From a bacterium (GTDB lineage Bacteria > Patescibacteriota > Minisyncoccia > Moranbacterales > UBA2206), in assembly GCA_021785125.1 (NCBI GenBank), contig JAJYGF010000004.1:67124-131123 (forward strand): DNA of 64,000 nt, in the 5' to 3' direction. Below the pieces are notes generated by a model, which was not told where the DNA came from, did not search any database, and saw nothing but the letters and a program-made list of their open reading frames with translations. Shown here in pieces: positions 1-10,414 of this stretch; position 1 is the first letter of the stretch; the number at the start of each line of letters is the position of its first letter. The translations under genes and the position numbers were made by a program.

Positions 1-2139
1 GAGCATTATCCCGCGCAGACCGGCGGAAGCACCTATGATGAAATGGTGAAAGATAGCAGTAACATCGTAAAATTATACGAAAACCTCCCGTCACAACCGC
101 AATATTATGCAAATTCAACAGACACCGCCCTCACCGACATTACCAATGGTTCTGATTTCGAAAACCCTCTCTATGTCACAAATAACAAAGATTTTACTTT
201 TACGGATGCGCATAACAACACTGTTTCTGTCACGGCCGGAGAACAGGTCGCCTCATTCAAAATAATGACAGTAACCGGATATCCGACAAATCCGACCAGC
301 AAAGCCAAGCCCAGCTCCATATATGTCGAGCTTGATCAAGATTCCAATGGAAATATCACAACCTCGTATTATAAGGATCAGCCGAATTATCCATCTTCTT
401 TAGCTTCTGCCGCAAAGGATCCCAATCCCGTTTACAACTACAGTCCGGTGGATGTGGCCAATGACGGATCCAGCGATCCCATACCCCAAAATCCGTTTCC
501 AACCGATATTTCAGATCCATCCACCTATCAAACCTACACGGATGTTAACGGGAACACGGTCAAATACACCATAGACACGGACGCCTCTACGGGAGACAGC
601 ATCATAACCTTCAAGCGCGACAATCCGTTTTCTTCAGTTGTCGCAAACTTGAAAGGGAAAATATCCAAGGTCAGCGACTTGAACAAATGCCTGGAAAGCA
701 ATTTGATCGCTCCGGGACAGGGAGATAAAAACAAGAAGCTGGATGTAACGCTTTCATACACCCCTAATTCTCCGGTTGATGACGAGACCGACTCCGGCAG
801 CAATGCGGATACTTTGATGGTCCAATCCTCCATCTTGGATTCTGAGGATGAAAATTTCATAAATTATAATTGGCACGTGTACCTCGGCTCTTCGATCGGG
901 ACCGAAAATTGGGCGGAGTTGCTTAAATCGGATCTGACCGACCAAACCGGAATCAAACAGGTTTCCGGATTGGGCATGCGTAACCTGAATTTGAAGTTGA
1001 ATTTCAAAAAAGACTTTTTGTCGGATTCCAGATTTGGAATATCCGGAGATACGTTCTATATGAAAATAACCCTTGACGCTACGGAAAATGCCAGCGGCGG
1101 AATCAAAAAATCCGGCATCGGAAGTGTCATAATCCCGATCCAGCTGTCAAAAACGCAGATACGCGTCTTTCCGACACAAGTGTCATCATCCCAAGACATA
1201 AGCTTGGACCAATCTTCCGAAATGTGCAACACCGGCATGGACAGCGTGGTCTGTCCGGTTTCCCAAGACGAGATTGTGGGCATCAAAACCGATTTTGATC
1301 CGAATGATTACGACCTGTTGTGGACCTTGGACGGGGAACCTTTGCCGTTCGCCGGCAACTGCGCCACATCGGGAAGTTGTGACAGCGGCAAGAATTATTC
1401 GAATGAAAATTTCTTTGCCGTAACCAAAGAAGTGGGCGCGAAATATACCGTCACTTTGGAGGCGGACAAAAAAGACGGGGGAGAAAGGACCACCCTAACC
1501 AAGGTTTTTCAGGTGGAAGAGCCGACCGTAAGCATCGTATCGGCCGATCAAAACACTTCCCGTCCGGAACTGTTAGGCAACTACGTCGATCTCAACAACA
1601 AGCTCTGGCCGGATTACAGCACAAACTCATTCGATGCCTTGCAAGGTTCGACCGTAACCCTGAAACCGGTCTTCAACACGTCTTTTTATAACAACTACAC
1701 TTGGTTCATCGACGGCACGGCACTGACAGCCGACAACGCGGCCGCTCTTGGCGTCACCATCAACCAGGACGGCACCATCTCTTTCCCTGCCAACAAACAG
1801 ATCGGCGATGACTATAACATCAGCATCAGCACCGTATACACCCAATCGAACGACGTCAAAAAGGCTCTCAACAAAATATGGAACATACCGCTCGACGGCT
1901 TCCACGAAAAAGAAATCGGCTCTTCCATCGACATCAAAGTGGTCGGAACATTGACGGATGCCAATGGAAAAATAGTCGGCACCGTGATGCAAAAGAAAGT
2001 TTTGGCCAGCATCTTTTCGGAAATTCCGTCCTACATGAACTTTTTGTTCCGGGTGCTTCTCACGATCGGGCTTATCCTGTTCACTGCCGGCATCTTGTTC
2101 TCGCTTTTCCCGAGACAGGAAGGAAATTATCTGGAATAA
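1..2139 (+). CDS. Large Ser/Thr/Asn-rich extracellular protein with C-terminal TM anchor (5' partial, continues upstream of window)
   Basis: The ORF 43..2139 is open in the same frame back to base 1. It is 698+ aa, low-complexity and N/T/S-rich, with a single C-terminal hydrophobic helix (LLTIGLILFTAGILFSLF). No recognised catalytic motif. Confidence 0.55.
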   Translation, partial: EHYPAQTGGSTYDEMVKDSSNIVKLYENLPSQPQYYANSTDTALTDITNGSDFENPLYVTNNKDFTFTDAHNNTVSVTAGEQVASFKIMTVTGYPTNPTSKAKPSSIYVELDQDSNGNITTSYYKDQPNYPSSLASAAKDPNPVYNYSPVDVANDGSSDPIPQNPFPTDISDPSTYQTYTDVNGNTVKYTIDTDASTGDSIITFKRDNPFSSVVANLKGKISKVSDLNKCLESNLIAPGQGDKNKKLDVTLSYTPNSPVDDETDSGSNADTLMVQSSILDSEDENFINYNWHVYLGSSIGTENWAELLKSDLTDQTGIKQVSGLGMRNLNLKLNFKKDFLSDSRFGISGDTFYMKITLDATENASGGIKKSGIGSVIIPIQLSKTQIRVFPTQVSSSQDISLDQSSEMCNTGMDSVVCPVSQDEIVGIKTDFDPNDYDLLWTLDGEPLPFAGNCATSGSCDSGKNYSNENFFAVTKEVGAKYTVTLEADKKDGGERTTLTKVFQVEEPTVSIVSADQNTSRPELLGNYVDLNNKLWPDYSTNSFDALQGSTVTLKPVFNTSFYNNYTWFIDGTALTADNAAALGVTINQDGTISFPANKQIGDDYNISISTVYTQSNDVKKALNKIWNIPLDGFHEKEIGSSIDIKVVGTLTDANGKIVGTVMQKKVLASIFSEIPSYMNFLFRVLLTIGLILFTAGILFSLFPRQEGNYLE

Positions 2140-2207
2140 AAATTGTCCGTTATAGCCAAGGGCGCGTTTGATGCTATAATAAAAACGTCAGCATACAATT
2201 TTTTGCC

Positions 2208-3026
2208 ATGAAAAAAACAAAAATATTTTTAGCTTTATCGATTGGCCTGTTTGCTTTGCCGCTTTTCTCCTCCGCCAGCTTCGATTACACCCCGATGGAA
2301 CCGATTCCGGGATTCGCGACAAGCGGAGATTTCCAAAGTTACATCTCGGCCGTATATAAGTTCGGCATTTGGACGGTCGGGATCGCCGCCATGCTGATGA
2401 TCATGATCGGCGGTTATATGTATATGATGTCCGCCGGAAACAATGCTAGCATGCAAAAAGCCAAAGGGGTGATCACTGACGCGATTGTCGGATTGATTTT
2501 GGCACTCACTTCTTATCTCATCCTTTACGAAATAAATCCGAATTTGGTCAATATCAATCTGGGCAGCATCGGCGGAGGAAGCGGCAGCGTGAGCACAGGA
2601 AATAAAACTTGTAACAATAACAATTGCGGTCAAGTCGCTTCCGCTTGCCAAGCCAACTCGATTGGAATTGAACCAGCTGTATTGCAGTCCTTGTTTATTG
2701 CGGGCGAGGGATGCAATAAAGCCGCTTCAGGCACTGGCCCTTGTGGATACTCCCAGGTCAACGCTACTAATCGTAAGGCTATCTGCGGTATGACAGGAAC
2801 AGCTGCGCAAACTTGTGCCGAAATACAAGGTAACCTTCAAGAAGATGTTGACTGTGGAGCTAAAGTGGTCCAAGACCAGCGAAGATCCTCCAAATGTCAG
2901 GGTGGAATTATTAACACAGCATCTTGTTATGCTACCGGACCTGGAGCAAACTTTGCTTGTGGAAATCCGAACGATACCAATTATTGCAACAGGGTTGCTA
3001 ATTATTATTCAACATGCAGTAAATAA
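2208..3026 (+). CDS. TrbC/VirB2-like 'T4SS pilin' family protein with Cys-rich C-terminal extension
   Basis: Signal peptide plus two hydrophobic segments, and the family-typical block GIWTVGIAAMLMIMIGGYMYMMSAGNNASMQKAKGVITDAIVGLILALTSYLI. The C-terminal ~120 aa contain more than 15 Cys. Confidence 0.6.
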   Translation: MKKTKIFLALSIGLFALPLFSSASFDYTPMEPIPGFATSGDFQSYISAVYKFGIWTVGIAAMLMIMIGGYMYMMSAGNNASMQKAKGVITDAIVGLILALTSYLILYEINPNLVNINLGSIGGGSGSVSTGNKTCNNNNCGQVASACQANSIGIEPAVLQSLFIAGEGCNKAASGTGPCGYSQVNATNRKAICGMTGTAAQTCAEIQGNLQEDVDCGAKVVQDQRRSSKCQGGIINTASCYATGPGANFACGNPNDTNYCNRVANYYSTCSK

Positions 3027-3028
3027 AT

Positions 3029-3742
3029 ATGCCGAAACTAAAATACATTTTATTTTTCATTATTTTATTTTTTTTATCAATCAACGTAAAAAAAGTATTT
3101 GCCGATGCCTATGTGATTCATCTTTACTATGACGCAAAAACACAAACATTGAGCTTTAACAACCAAGCTTCACAAAATATTACAGTAGACAAAAGCTATA
3201 ACCCATCAATAACTGACTTTACAGATCAATCTGCTGATTCTTCCGGATCATATCTTCTAACATTCTATGACTCCACTAATAACCCGATTATTTCAACCCG
3301 ATTTAATAAACAAGACGGTGTTTTTCAAATAACAACACCTTATTTTAGCATAGCCACAAGTTTAAAAATATTTAACAGCTCAAACAATAAAGAATTGTTA
3401 AGCGCAAATCTTACAAGCCTTTCTACCTGCAATGGTAATGGTATCTGCGAATATGAAAAGGGGGAAACCATCCAAAACTGCATGCAGGATTGTGATTCAA
3501 ACAACATCAAGTTCAGTCAAGCAACCCAAGACATTCTGAATAAACATGGCGGAATAGTCAAAGATCCATCTACCGGACAAATTTTGCTGCGAGAACCTGT
3601 TCAAGCCCAGGCGCCAATTTCAACATCATCCGCAAAACGTTCAATTAACCCTCTTGTTTCTATAATTATAATTGCATGTTTGTCTTTAGGCATACTGGCC
3701 GGTGGATTTTTCGCGTACAAAAAATTTGCTAAGAAAAATTAA
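3029..3742 (+). CDS. Secreted protein with C-terminal membrane anchor (hypothetical)
   Basis: N-terminal signal peptide (ILFFIILFFLSINVKKVFA) and C-terminal TM plus KKFAKKN. Cys cluster CNGNGICEYEKGETIQNCMQDCD. The start is 3 nt after the previous stop. Confidence 0.5.
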   Translation: MPKLKYILFFIILFFLSINVKKVFADAYVIHLYYDAKTQTLSFNNQASQNITVDKSYNPSITDFTDQSADSSGSYLLTFYDSTNNPIISTRFNKQDGVFQITTPYFSIATSLKIFNSSNNKELLSANLTSLSTCNGNGICEYEKGETIQNCMQDCDSNNIKFSQATQDILNKHGGIVKDPSTGQILLREPVQAQAPISTSSAKRSINPLVSIIIIACLSLGILAGGFFAYKKFAKKN

Positions 3743-3745
3743 TCT

Positions 3746-4900
3746 ATGCAGACATCCAAAAAAATTTTTCTCACCTCTTCGATCACATTAGGCGTGGTAC
3801 TCATGTTTTGGATCATTTACGCATTGTCCTTCCAAAAATCTAACCCCGCACCGACCCAGCAGCAAGCGCAATCATCCCTGTCCGGCGGCCAAGCTCCGAA
3901 CGCGGCCTCCCAAACAGCGAAAAATTCCGGCATCGTGGCCATATCCGACGGAGCCGTCCTGTCTCCAACCATCGGATCGGACGGCAGCTCCATCGAATAT
4001 TATTCCAAAACCGGACAAGTCTATCAGATTGATTTTGACGGCAGCAACAAAAAGACCGTCTCTGACAAAAGTCTGGCCGGACTGACCGATGTGCTTTGGT
4101 CGCCCGACAAGACGCAAGTGATCGAAAAATATTCCACCTCCAACCGTCCTTCCCGCTTTTATTTTTATGATTATGCCAGTTCGACCGGACAATCCTTGGG
4201 AAGCGACACTCTGGACGTCGCATGGGCCGGAAACAACAAAATATATTACGAATACCTCGATCCAAAAACACAGGCGGCCACGTTAAATATCGCCAATCCG
4301 GACGGGACGAACTGGACCAAGATCACAGACGCCCCTTTCAAGAGCTTGTCGATCGCTCCGATTCCGAAAACCGGACTGATCTCTTTTTGGAACAGTCCGG
4401 ACGCATTCACTTCGACAGAAATGGTTTCCACGCCGGTCATATCTGACGAAAAAACTGATTTGGAAAAAGGATATTTTGGAGCGGACTACTTATGGAGTCC
4501 TGACGGCAACAATCTCTTGATCAGCAATCTAGATCAAAAAGGCGGATCGAATCTGCAATTGGGAATCACCGACAGCACGGGAGGCAATTACAAAAATTTG
4601 AAAACGGCGACTTTTGTTTCAAAATGCGCTTGGTCCAGAGATGAAAAAACGATTTATTGCGCCGTCCCAAGTTCCTTTCCAAGCGGAGCTGTCCTGCCGA
4701 ACGATTATGACAGCGACAAGTTCAGCACTGCGGACAGTTTCTGGAAAATCGACATCTCTACCGGGGAAAAAACACCCTTGATCGATCCCGCCAAAATAAA
4801 TACCTCTTTCGATGCCACCAATTTATTTCTCAATTCGGACGAAAGCATGCTGTTTTTCGTGAATCGGAAGGATGGGAAACTCTATCGTATCGACCTCTAG
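3746..4900 (+). CDS. Membrane-anchored PD40/TolB-like beta-propeller protein
   Basis: N-terminal TM followed by repeated WSPDG/WSPDK/WSRDEK motifs (YLWSPDGNNLLIS, VLWSPDKTQVI) typical of PD40 repeats. Confidence 0.55.
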   Translation: MQTSKKIFLTSSITLGVVLMFWIIYALSFQKSNPAPTQQQAQSSLSGGQAPNAASQTAKNSGIVAISDGAVLSPTIGSDGSSIEYYSKTGQVYQIDFDGSNKKTVSDKSLAGLTDVLWSPDKTQVIEKYSTSNRPSRFYFYDYASSTGQSLGSDTLDVAWAGNNKIYYEYLDPKTQAATLNIANPDGTNWTKITDAPFKSLSIAPIPKTGLISFWNSPDAFTSTEMVSTPVISDEKTDLEKGYFGADYLWSPDGNNLLISNLDQKGGSNLQLGITDSTGGNYKNLKTATFVSKCAWSRDEKTIYCAVPSSFPSGAVLPNDYDSDKFSTADSFWKIDISTGEKTPLIDPAKINTSFDATNLFLNSDESMLFFVNRKDGKLYRIDL

Positions 4901-4946
4901 CTCCGGAACAAGAAGCGCTCCAAAAATCGTCGCAAGACGGTTTTTT

Positions 4947-6095
4947 TTATATTGCCGCCAGAAATGCCAGCCAAAAAATGCTGGCCAAATCTTGCTTGAA
5001 GTATGTCGTATCCACCAAGCCGTGCGCCAAGATATAAATAATTATGGCCGCGGCGGCAACTACGATTTTTGTTTTTTCTTTTTTGACGATTCTTTTGAGC
5101 CAGATCCACAGCAAAGACATGAAGCCGGCCAGTCCGAGCAGGCCGGATTGCAGCCAGAAAGCCGCCAGTAAATTGTGCGGTTCCGGCACCGACCATTCGA
5201 GATAGGGTGGAAAATATTTCTGATACTCCAGGTATTTGTCTTGAAATCGATTCGGTCCGATCCCAAACAGCCAATTATCCCGAATTATACGTCCGGCCGC
5301 CGACCAGATCATGATTCTGGAGGCTGCGGATGACCGTGATCCGAAATGGACCAGATCGGACATTTTTTGACTGCCAAATTGAAAAAAAAGAAAAGCAAGC
5401 ATCAAAACAATCATTACTATGGCCGATTTTTCAAATATCTTTTTTGTCTTAATCAAAAGAATGCCAAGACCAGCCAAAAAAACGGCCGCCCACGCCGCAT
5501 AAGAAAAAGTGAAATACAGCGCGATCAAAATTATCGGGAGCGATAATCCGTAAATTTTTTTATTCTCTCCGGAAAAAACAGATCCGACCAGTACGGCCGG
5601 TGCCAAATACATAGCCAAGTAATTGGGCGAATTATAAAACGCTTCCAGCCGTCCGTCAAAAGTCTTGATGCCGAAAAACAAATAGATCAGAGCGATGACT
5701 GCGACCAGAAACGCCGAAAGATAGAAAAATTTAAAAATATCGGCGCGTTTTTCCCCCGGACTGACCGCATATGCCAGAAACGCAAAAATCAGTGGAACTA
5801 AAAACCAGCCCTTTATCACTCCAAAGCCGCTTCTATAATCACCCGTGACGAACGTGGAAAGCAGCAAGCCGGCAAAAATAAGCGCTATGGGCCCAAAATA
5901 TATCTTATAGTCCATGAGGTCAACTTTCAACTTATTCCTGCACATGATCGCTCCGACCAAGCCGCCAAAAACCAAGATTTCGAATATGCTCGTAGGCATG
6001 CCAAAAAAAGAGAACCTTGTCGCGGAAAGAGGGAGAGCCAAGATACAAAAATAAATATAAGTTTTCAAATTAAGTTTTTTCATTTTGAACGGCAT
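4947..6095 (-). CDS. O-antigen ligase/polymerase-like (Wzy_C) membrane protein
   Basis: Polytopic, with the signature PEPHNLLAAFWLQSGLLGLAGF (HN...E.G.G) seen in WaaL/Wzy_C loops. Confidence 0.6.
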   Translation of the reverse strand: MPFKMKKLNLKTYIYFCILALPLSATRFSFFGMPTSIFEILVFGGLVGAIMCRNKLKVDLMDYKIYFGPIALIFAGLLLSTFVTGDYRSGFGVIKGWFLVPLIFAFLAYAVSPGEKRADIFKFFYLSAFLVAVIALIYLFFGIKTFDGRLEAFYNSPNYLAMYLAPAVLVGSVFSGENKKIYGLSLPIILIALYFTFSYAAWAAVFLAGLGILLIKTKKIFEKSAIVMIVLMLAFLFFQFGSQKMSDLVHFGSRSSAASRIMIWSAAGRIIRDNWLFGIGPNRFQDKYLEYQKYFPPYLEWSVPEPHNLLAAFWLQSGLLGLAGFMSLLWIWLKRIVKKEKTKIVVAAAAIIIYILAHGLVDTTYFKQDLASIFWLAFLAAI

Positions 6096-7338
6096 TGAAA
6101 CTTATTATGATCAAAAACAAAGTCAGCACTACCGGAGAATAAATGGCTGTCTCCACCACGGAATGCGCCGCAAAAATGACCAAACTGGCCGCCAAGAAGA
6201 AAAACAATCTATCTTCTTTGGCTTTCCGCCAAAAACCGTAGAAAGCCGCGCTTAATATTCCAATCCAAACCAGTCCGTTCGCAACTCCCGTTTCCACCGC
6301 TATATCCAGATACGTATTGTGCGCGTAAATCGAATTGCGATAAGAAACGGTCGGTGAAACGGCCAGCGGATAATTGCCCAGCCCCGTGCCAAGCCAGGGT
6401 TTTTCCAAAATTATCGTGTAAGCCTTGCCCCACATTTCCAGCCGGCCCCGATTGGATCCTTCTTTCAAGTTAAAACTGGACAGAAATCTTTGCGATATGG
6501 GCGAGGGAACCAAGAGCGCGGCTACGCATATCGATAAAACCGCCATTCCCGCGATCTTATACTTTCGTCCGATCCGGCGCCACCAGAACAACCCAAAAAA
6601 CAGAAGTCCCACAAACAAGCCGACATATCCGCCGCGGGAAAAAGTCAGCACATCCGCCAAAAAAATTCCGCCAGCCATGATCGAAAACAACCTTTTTCGA
6701 TCCGAGTATATAGCCAGATAAGCGGCTAGCGGCAAAAGCAGGCCCAAATAAAAAGCGAACATATGCGGATCCGGAAAAAGGGAAGTGGCGCGCAAATAAG
6801 TTTTGCCGGAAATATTTACCAGCCAGCTCGGATTCTGCAACACCTCCAAACCAAAACTGTTGCCAAGAAAAGGCACAATCACATAATGCGCCCAGAAATT
6901 AAATACTTTTTCAAATCCGAAGACAAATTGTGAAAAAAATTGCCCGATCCCGATCAAGGCCACCCCAAATCCGCCAACAACCAAAAATTTTATCAGTCTT
7001 ATCATTTTTTCCCTGCTGTCTACCAAGGCGCTGACGACAAAATAAACAGGGAAAATGGAAAGCAGGAAAAGCATCTTGCGCTCGGACCAATCCGTATTTT
7101 TGGCCACAATCGCTGAAAAAGCGTCCAAAAACAAAAACGACAAAATCAACCAGGTTTCCGAGTTTTTGCCAATGATTATTTTCTTATTTTTCAATCCCCG
7201 GGCCAGCCACGCGAAAAATAGAATCAGAATCAGGACTCTGATCGAAGCCAGATCGATTCCGCCGGTCGGATTGAGTGCCAATTGAAACGGCAAGTATAGG
7301 GCGATGATGAGTAAAAAATTATACATCCGGAAAAACAA
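6070..7338 (-). CDS. O-antigen ligase/polymerase-like (Wzy_C) membrane protein, paralogue
   Basis: Polytopic, with YAHNTYLDIAVETGVANGLVWIGIL. It sits in tandem with the previous Wzy_C-like gene. Confidence 0.6.
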   Translation of the reverse strand: MFFRMYNFLLIIALYLPFQLALNPTGGIDLASIRVLILILFFAWLARGLKNKKIIIGKNSETWLILSFLFLDAFSAIVAKNTDWSERKMLFLLSIFPVYFVVSALVDSREKMIRLIKFLVVGGFGVALIGIGQFFSQFVFGFEKVFNFWAHYVIVPFLGNSFGLEVLQNPSWLVNISGKTYLRATSLFPDPHMFAFYLGLLLPLAAYLAIYSDRKRLFSIMAGGIFLADVLTFSRGGYVGLFVGLLFFGLFWWRRIGRKYKIAGMAVLSICVAALLVPSPISQRFLSSFNLKEGSNRGRLEMWGKAYTIILEKPWLGTGLGNYPLAVSPTVSYRNSIYAHNTYLDIAVETGVANGLVWIGILSAAFYGFWRKAKEDRLFFFLAASLVIFAAHSVVETAIYSPVVLTLFLIIISFNAVQNEKT

Positions 7339-8076
7339 TTAGTTTTTTTTGAAAAAATAGGCCATAGATCTGAAAAAATGCGCCTTTTGCCTGAAAAAAC
7401 TCACACGACTCTTCCCGCCGTAATGCAAAACTTCTTCTTGCGGATAAAACATGACTTTGTGTCCGTTTTTCCGTATCTTTCGGCAGAGATCCTGATCTTC
7501 AAAATACATAAAAAAATTTTCATCGAAGCCCCTTACCTTTTCAAAAACATCTTTTCTAACGAGCATAGCGGCTCCGCTCACCCAATCCGTCAAAATCTCG
7601 TTCCGGCTTTCCCAAATCTTTTTGCTTTCAATGATTCCCAAATTGTTTTTTATAAGCTGCTCTAGGGAAAGCTCTTTTCCCGCGCACCACCATTGGGTTT
7701 TTCCGTCTTCAGTCAGAAGTCTCGGGCCCATAGCTCCAATCTCATTGTCAGCCTCCATTTTTTCCAGCATTTTTTCGAAATTTCCGGACGCAATTTTCGT
7801 ATCCGGATTCAAAAAAAAGATATATTTTCCCGACGCCTTTTTGACTCCTATGTTATTGGCCGCGCCGAAACCCAGATTATCACCCACTTCGATCAATTTT
7901 ACCTCGGGATGAAACAAGAAATGATCCAATTTTTCTGCGGGATCATTATTAACCAAAATAATTTCTATTTTTTGGCCGGACAATCGCTTATAAATAGAAG
8001 CGATGCATCCGGTCAGATAGCGCTCGCTCCTATAGTTGATTATTATTATCGACAGCTTGGGTTTAAAATTTTGCAT
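7339..8076 (-). CDS. Family 2 glycosyltransferase
   Basis: KLSIIIINYRSERYL...IEIILVNNDP...GFGAANNIGV (the GT2 DxD/NN region). The start was moved to the internal ATG (MQNFKPK) so it does not overlap the upstream GT2 stop; the ORF track gives 8142. Confidence 0.75.
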   Translation of the reverse strand: MQNFKPKLSIIIINYRSERYLTGCIASIYKRLSGQKIEIILVNNDPAEKLDHFLFHPEVKLIEVGDNLGFGAANNIGVKKASGKYIFFLNPDTKIASGNFEKMLEKMEADNEIGAMGPRLLTEDGKTQWWCAGKELSLEQLIKNNLGIIESKKIWESRNEILTDWVSGAAMLVRKDVFEKVRGFDENFFMYFEDQDLCRKIRKNGHKVMFYPQEEVLHYGGKSRVSFFRQKAHFFRSMAYFFKKN

Positions 8077-8926
8077 TTCGAAAATCATTATAGGCTTTTT
8101 GCACCATTGGCGCCAAATTGTTCTTCTCAAACTTGATATCAAGCCGGTTTTTAAGTTTTCGAACGGCTAAATAAGCTTTCAACCATGGTTTCAACCAAAA
8201 TCTGGTGTTTTTTTTGAAAAAAATGAGTCCTGAAATGACCAGCCAGTAAGTTTTGCTGTCTTTGTGTTTTTCGCTGTTTTCATAATGATATATCCAGCTG
8301 GAAGAAACCACCACATTTTTAAATCCCGCCCTTTTGGCCCGCAAACTGAAATCCGCGTCCTCCCAATAAAGAAAAAAGTCCTCATCAAAGAGACCGACTT
8401 TTTTGAAAACTTCCGCCTTGACCAGCATGGAGCAGCCGGTTATAAAATCCGACCGATAAACATCTTCCGTTTCCACTTTGGACAAGTGTCTGACCTTCAT
8501 CCTCGGCCAATCGATCGCTCCGCCAGAAAACCAAACCTCTTTGGTGTCGCCCCGAAAAATGACGGGGCTAAGCACGCCTATTTTTTCATCACTTTCCGCC
8601 GACTCCACCAATTTCGACAGAAATTCCTTATCCGCTTCCGTATCATTGTTCAAAACCAATACATAGTCAGCCATCCTTTCCAGCGCGAAACGGATGCCGA
8701 CATTGTTGCCGGCGGCAAATCCGAGATTTTCTTCGTTTTTGATAAAATTAGCTTTGGAAAAATGGTTTTTGGCTTCTTCCAATGAACCATCAGTGGAATT
8801 ATTGTCCACCAACACAACTTCAAAATTGGGATAATTGACCTTAAAAACGCTGGTAAGACATCTTTTTATGACGTCTCGGCCGTTATAGTTAAGGATGACT
8901 ATGAACACCTTAGGGTAATTCTTCAT
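8063..8926 (-). CDS. Family 2 glycosyltransferase
   Basis: VFIVILNYNGRDVIKRCL...VVLVDNNSTDGS...LGFAAGNNVGI. Confidence 0.8.
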   Translation of the reverse strand: MKNYPKVFIVILNYNGRDVIKRCLTSVFKVNYPNFEVVLVDNNSTDGSLEEAKNHFSKANFIKNEENLGFAAGNNVGIRFALERMADYVLVLNNDTEADKEFLSKLVESAESDEKIGVLSPVIFRGDTKEVWFSGGAIDWPRMKVRHLSKVETEDVYRSDFITGCSMLVKAEVFKKVGLFDEDFFLYWEDADFSLRAKRAGFKNVVVSSSWIYHYENSEKHKDSKTYWLVISGLIFFKKNTRFWLKPWLKAYLAVRKLKNRLDIKFEKNNLAPMVQKAYNDFRNAKF

Positions 8927-10367
8927 ATTCCTGTATTCCTTTTTTACTGATTAGGCTGGCGATTTCTTCGCTTTCGATGGCATCAAAAATCCACAGGAAG
9001 ATAAGATATATGGCGGCGCTGGATATGGCCAAGAAGAAGAAGTTAGCGCCTTTGAAAATATATAGGAAAAACGCCATAAACGCCCCCGCCGCCAATATCC
9101 GGAAAGATTTCCGATACGACGGCAGATAATCCAGATTTTTCGCTACCGACCAATAAGTCAATATTACCACCAATAACTCCGTCGCGACAGAAGTCCAGGC
9201 AGCGGCCGTATAAGAATAGGCTGGGATAAAAATGAGATTGAGTCCAACATTGAAAATTGCGGCAATAGCCGAAATCCACATCAGCCTTTTCTGCATATTG
9301 CCGACCACCAAAATCGTGTTGAAAAACTGCCCAAAAAAGATGAATGCTATAGCAAAAACCAGGACTCGGAGCACATCGCCCGCCGCAGCAAAGCCGGCGC
9401 CGCCGATAATGCGGATGACTCCGTCCGCCAAAAACAAAGTGCCGACTACCAATGGAACGACCAAAATCATAAAGACTCTGAATGTTTTGTTTGAAATATC
9501 GACAAATTTTTTCTTGTCGCTAAATATGCTGTGTGCCATGATCGGCATGACAAGTCCCGCGATCATGGCCGGAAAAAACGTGATATTTTCCAAAACTTTA
9601 TACGCGGCGCCGTAAATGCCCACTTCAGAACTGGTTTTTATATTATAAAGAATAAGAGTATCCGCTTTAAAATATATGATCGAAACAATGGATGCTATTC
9701 CCATCGGAACAGAATCTCGCATAACAAACTTCCAGTACTCCCAATCGAAGCGAAGCCTGATCCGAGTATATTGTTGGGCCCACACGTAAACGATCAGGAA
9801 GCTTACAATCATGTTTATAAGAATGGATGAGATGATCCAACTGAAACTAAGCTTGTAGTGCACCGCGCCGATCACGATCAGGACTTGGACGACCTTTCCG
9901 ACAAATTCACCGACTGCAACTTTGTCCATCGCCAAGTTTTTCTGAAAAACTCCGTTTAAGACTTGATAGCTGGAAGAAAATAGGAACGAAGCCACCACTA
10001 TGACGATGCCTTCTTTGACTTCAAAGGGATAGGGCAGGAACCACACTATCAAAGGCGAAACAACCAGAGTCGCCAAGGCTGAAAACATCCGCAGAGTGAA
10101 GATATTGCCGATGATTTTTTCTTCGTCAGCGCCTTGGCGAGAAATTTCCCGAGTAGCGATATAATAAAGTCCGAGATCGGCCGCAGCCGCAAAAAAAGAC
10201 AAGAAGGTCAACACGAAAGCATAGTCTCCAAATCCATTGGTTCCCAAATAGCGGGTTATGAAACTGATCGCAACCAGAGCTAGGACCGTAGAAAGGATTT
10301 TGGATGCCGTACTAACAACTACGTTGTAGGCTATTTTTTTGGCGACAGCCATATGTGAAAATTCCAA
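8910..10367 (-). CDS. Polysaccharide flippase (Wzx/MOP superfamily)
   Basis: About 14 TM segments and the N-terminus KKIAYNVVVSTASKILSTVLALVAISFITRYLGTNGFGDY typical of Wzx/RfbX flippases. Ends the surface-glycan cluster. Confidence 0.7.
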   Translation of the reverse strand: MEFSHMAVAKKIAYNVVVSTASKILSTVLALVAISFITRYLGTNGFGDYAFVLTFLSFFAAAADLGLYYIATREISRQGADEEKIIGNIFTLRMFSALATLVVSPLIVWFLPYPFEVKEGIVIVVASFLFSSSYQVLNGVFQKNLAMDKVAVGEFVGKVVQVLIVIGAVHYKLSFSWIISSILINMIVSFLIVYVWAQQYTRIRLRFDWEYWKFVMRDSVPMGIASIVSIIYFKADTLILYNIKTSSEVGIYGAAYKVLENITFFPAMIAGLVMPIMAHSIFSDKKKFVDISNKTFRVFMILVVPLVVGTLFLADGVIRIIGGAGFAAAGDVLRVLVFAIAFIFFGQFFNTILVVGNMQKRLMWISAIAAIFNVGLNLIFIPAYSYTAAAWTSVATELLVVILTYWSVAKNLDYLPSYRKSFRILAAGAFMAFFLYIFKGANFFFLAISSAAIYLIFLWIFDAIESEEIASLISKKGIQEYEELP

Positions 10368-10414
10368 ATCGCAAACCTCAAGAAGTAGGTCTGCGTATGA
10401 ATTTATATTATATT

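Noticed and set aside
4872-5274. Overlapping 99-aa (+) and 125-aa (-) ORFs at the 3' end of the PD40 protein and inside the Wzy_C gene
   Set aside because: They fall within or against well-supported genes and have no motifs. Spurious.
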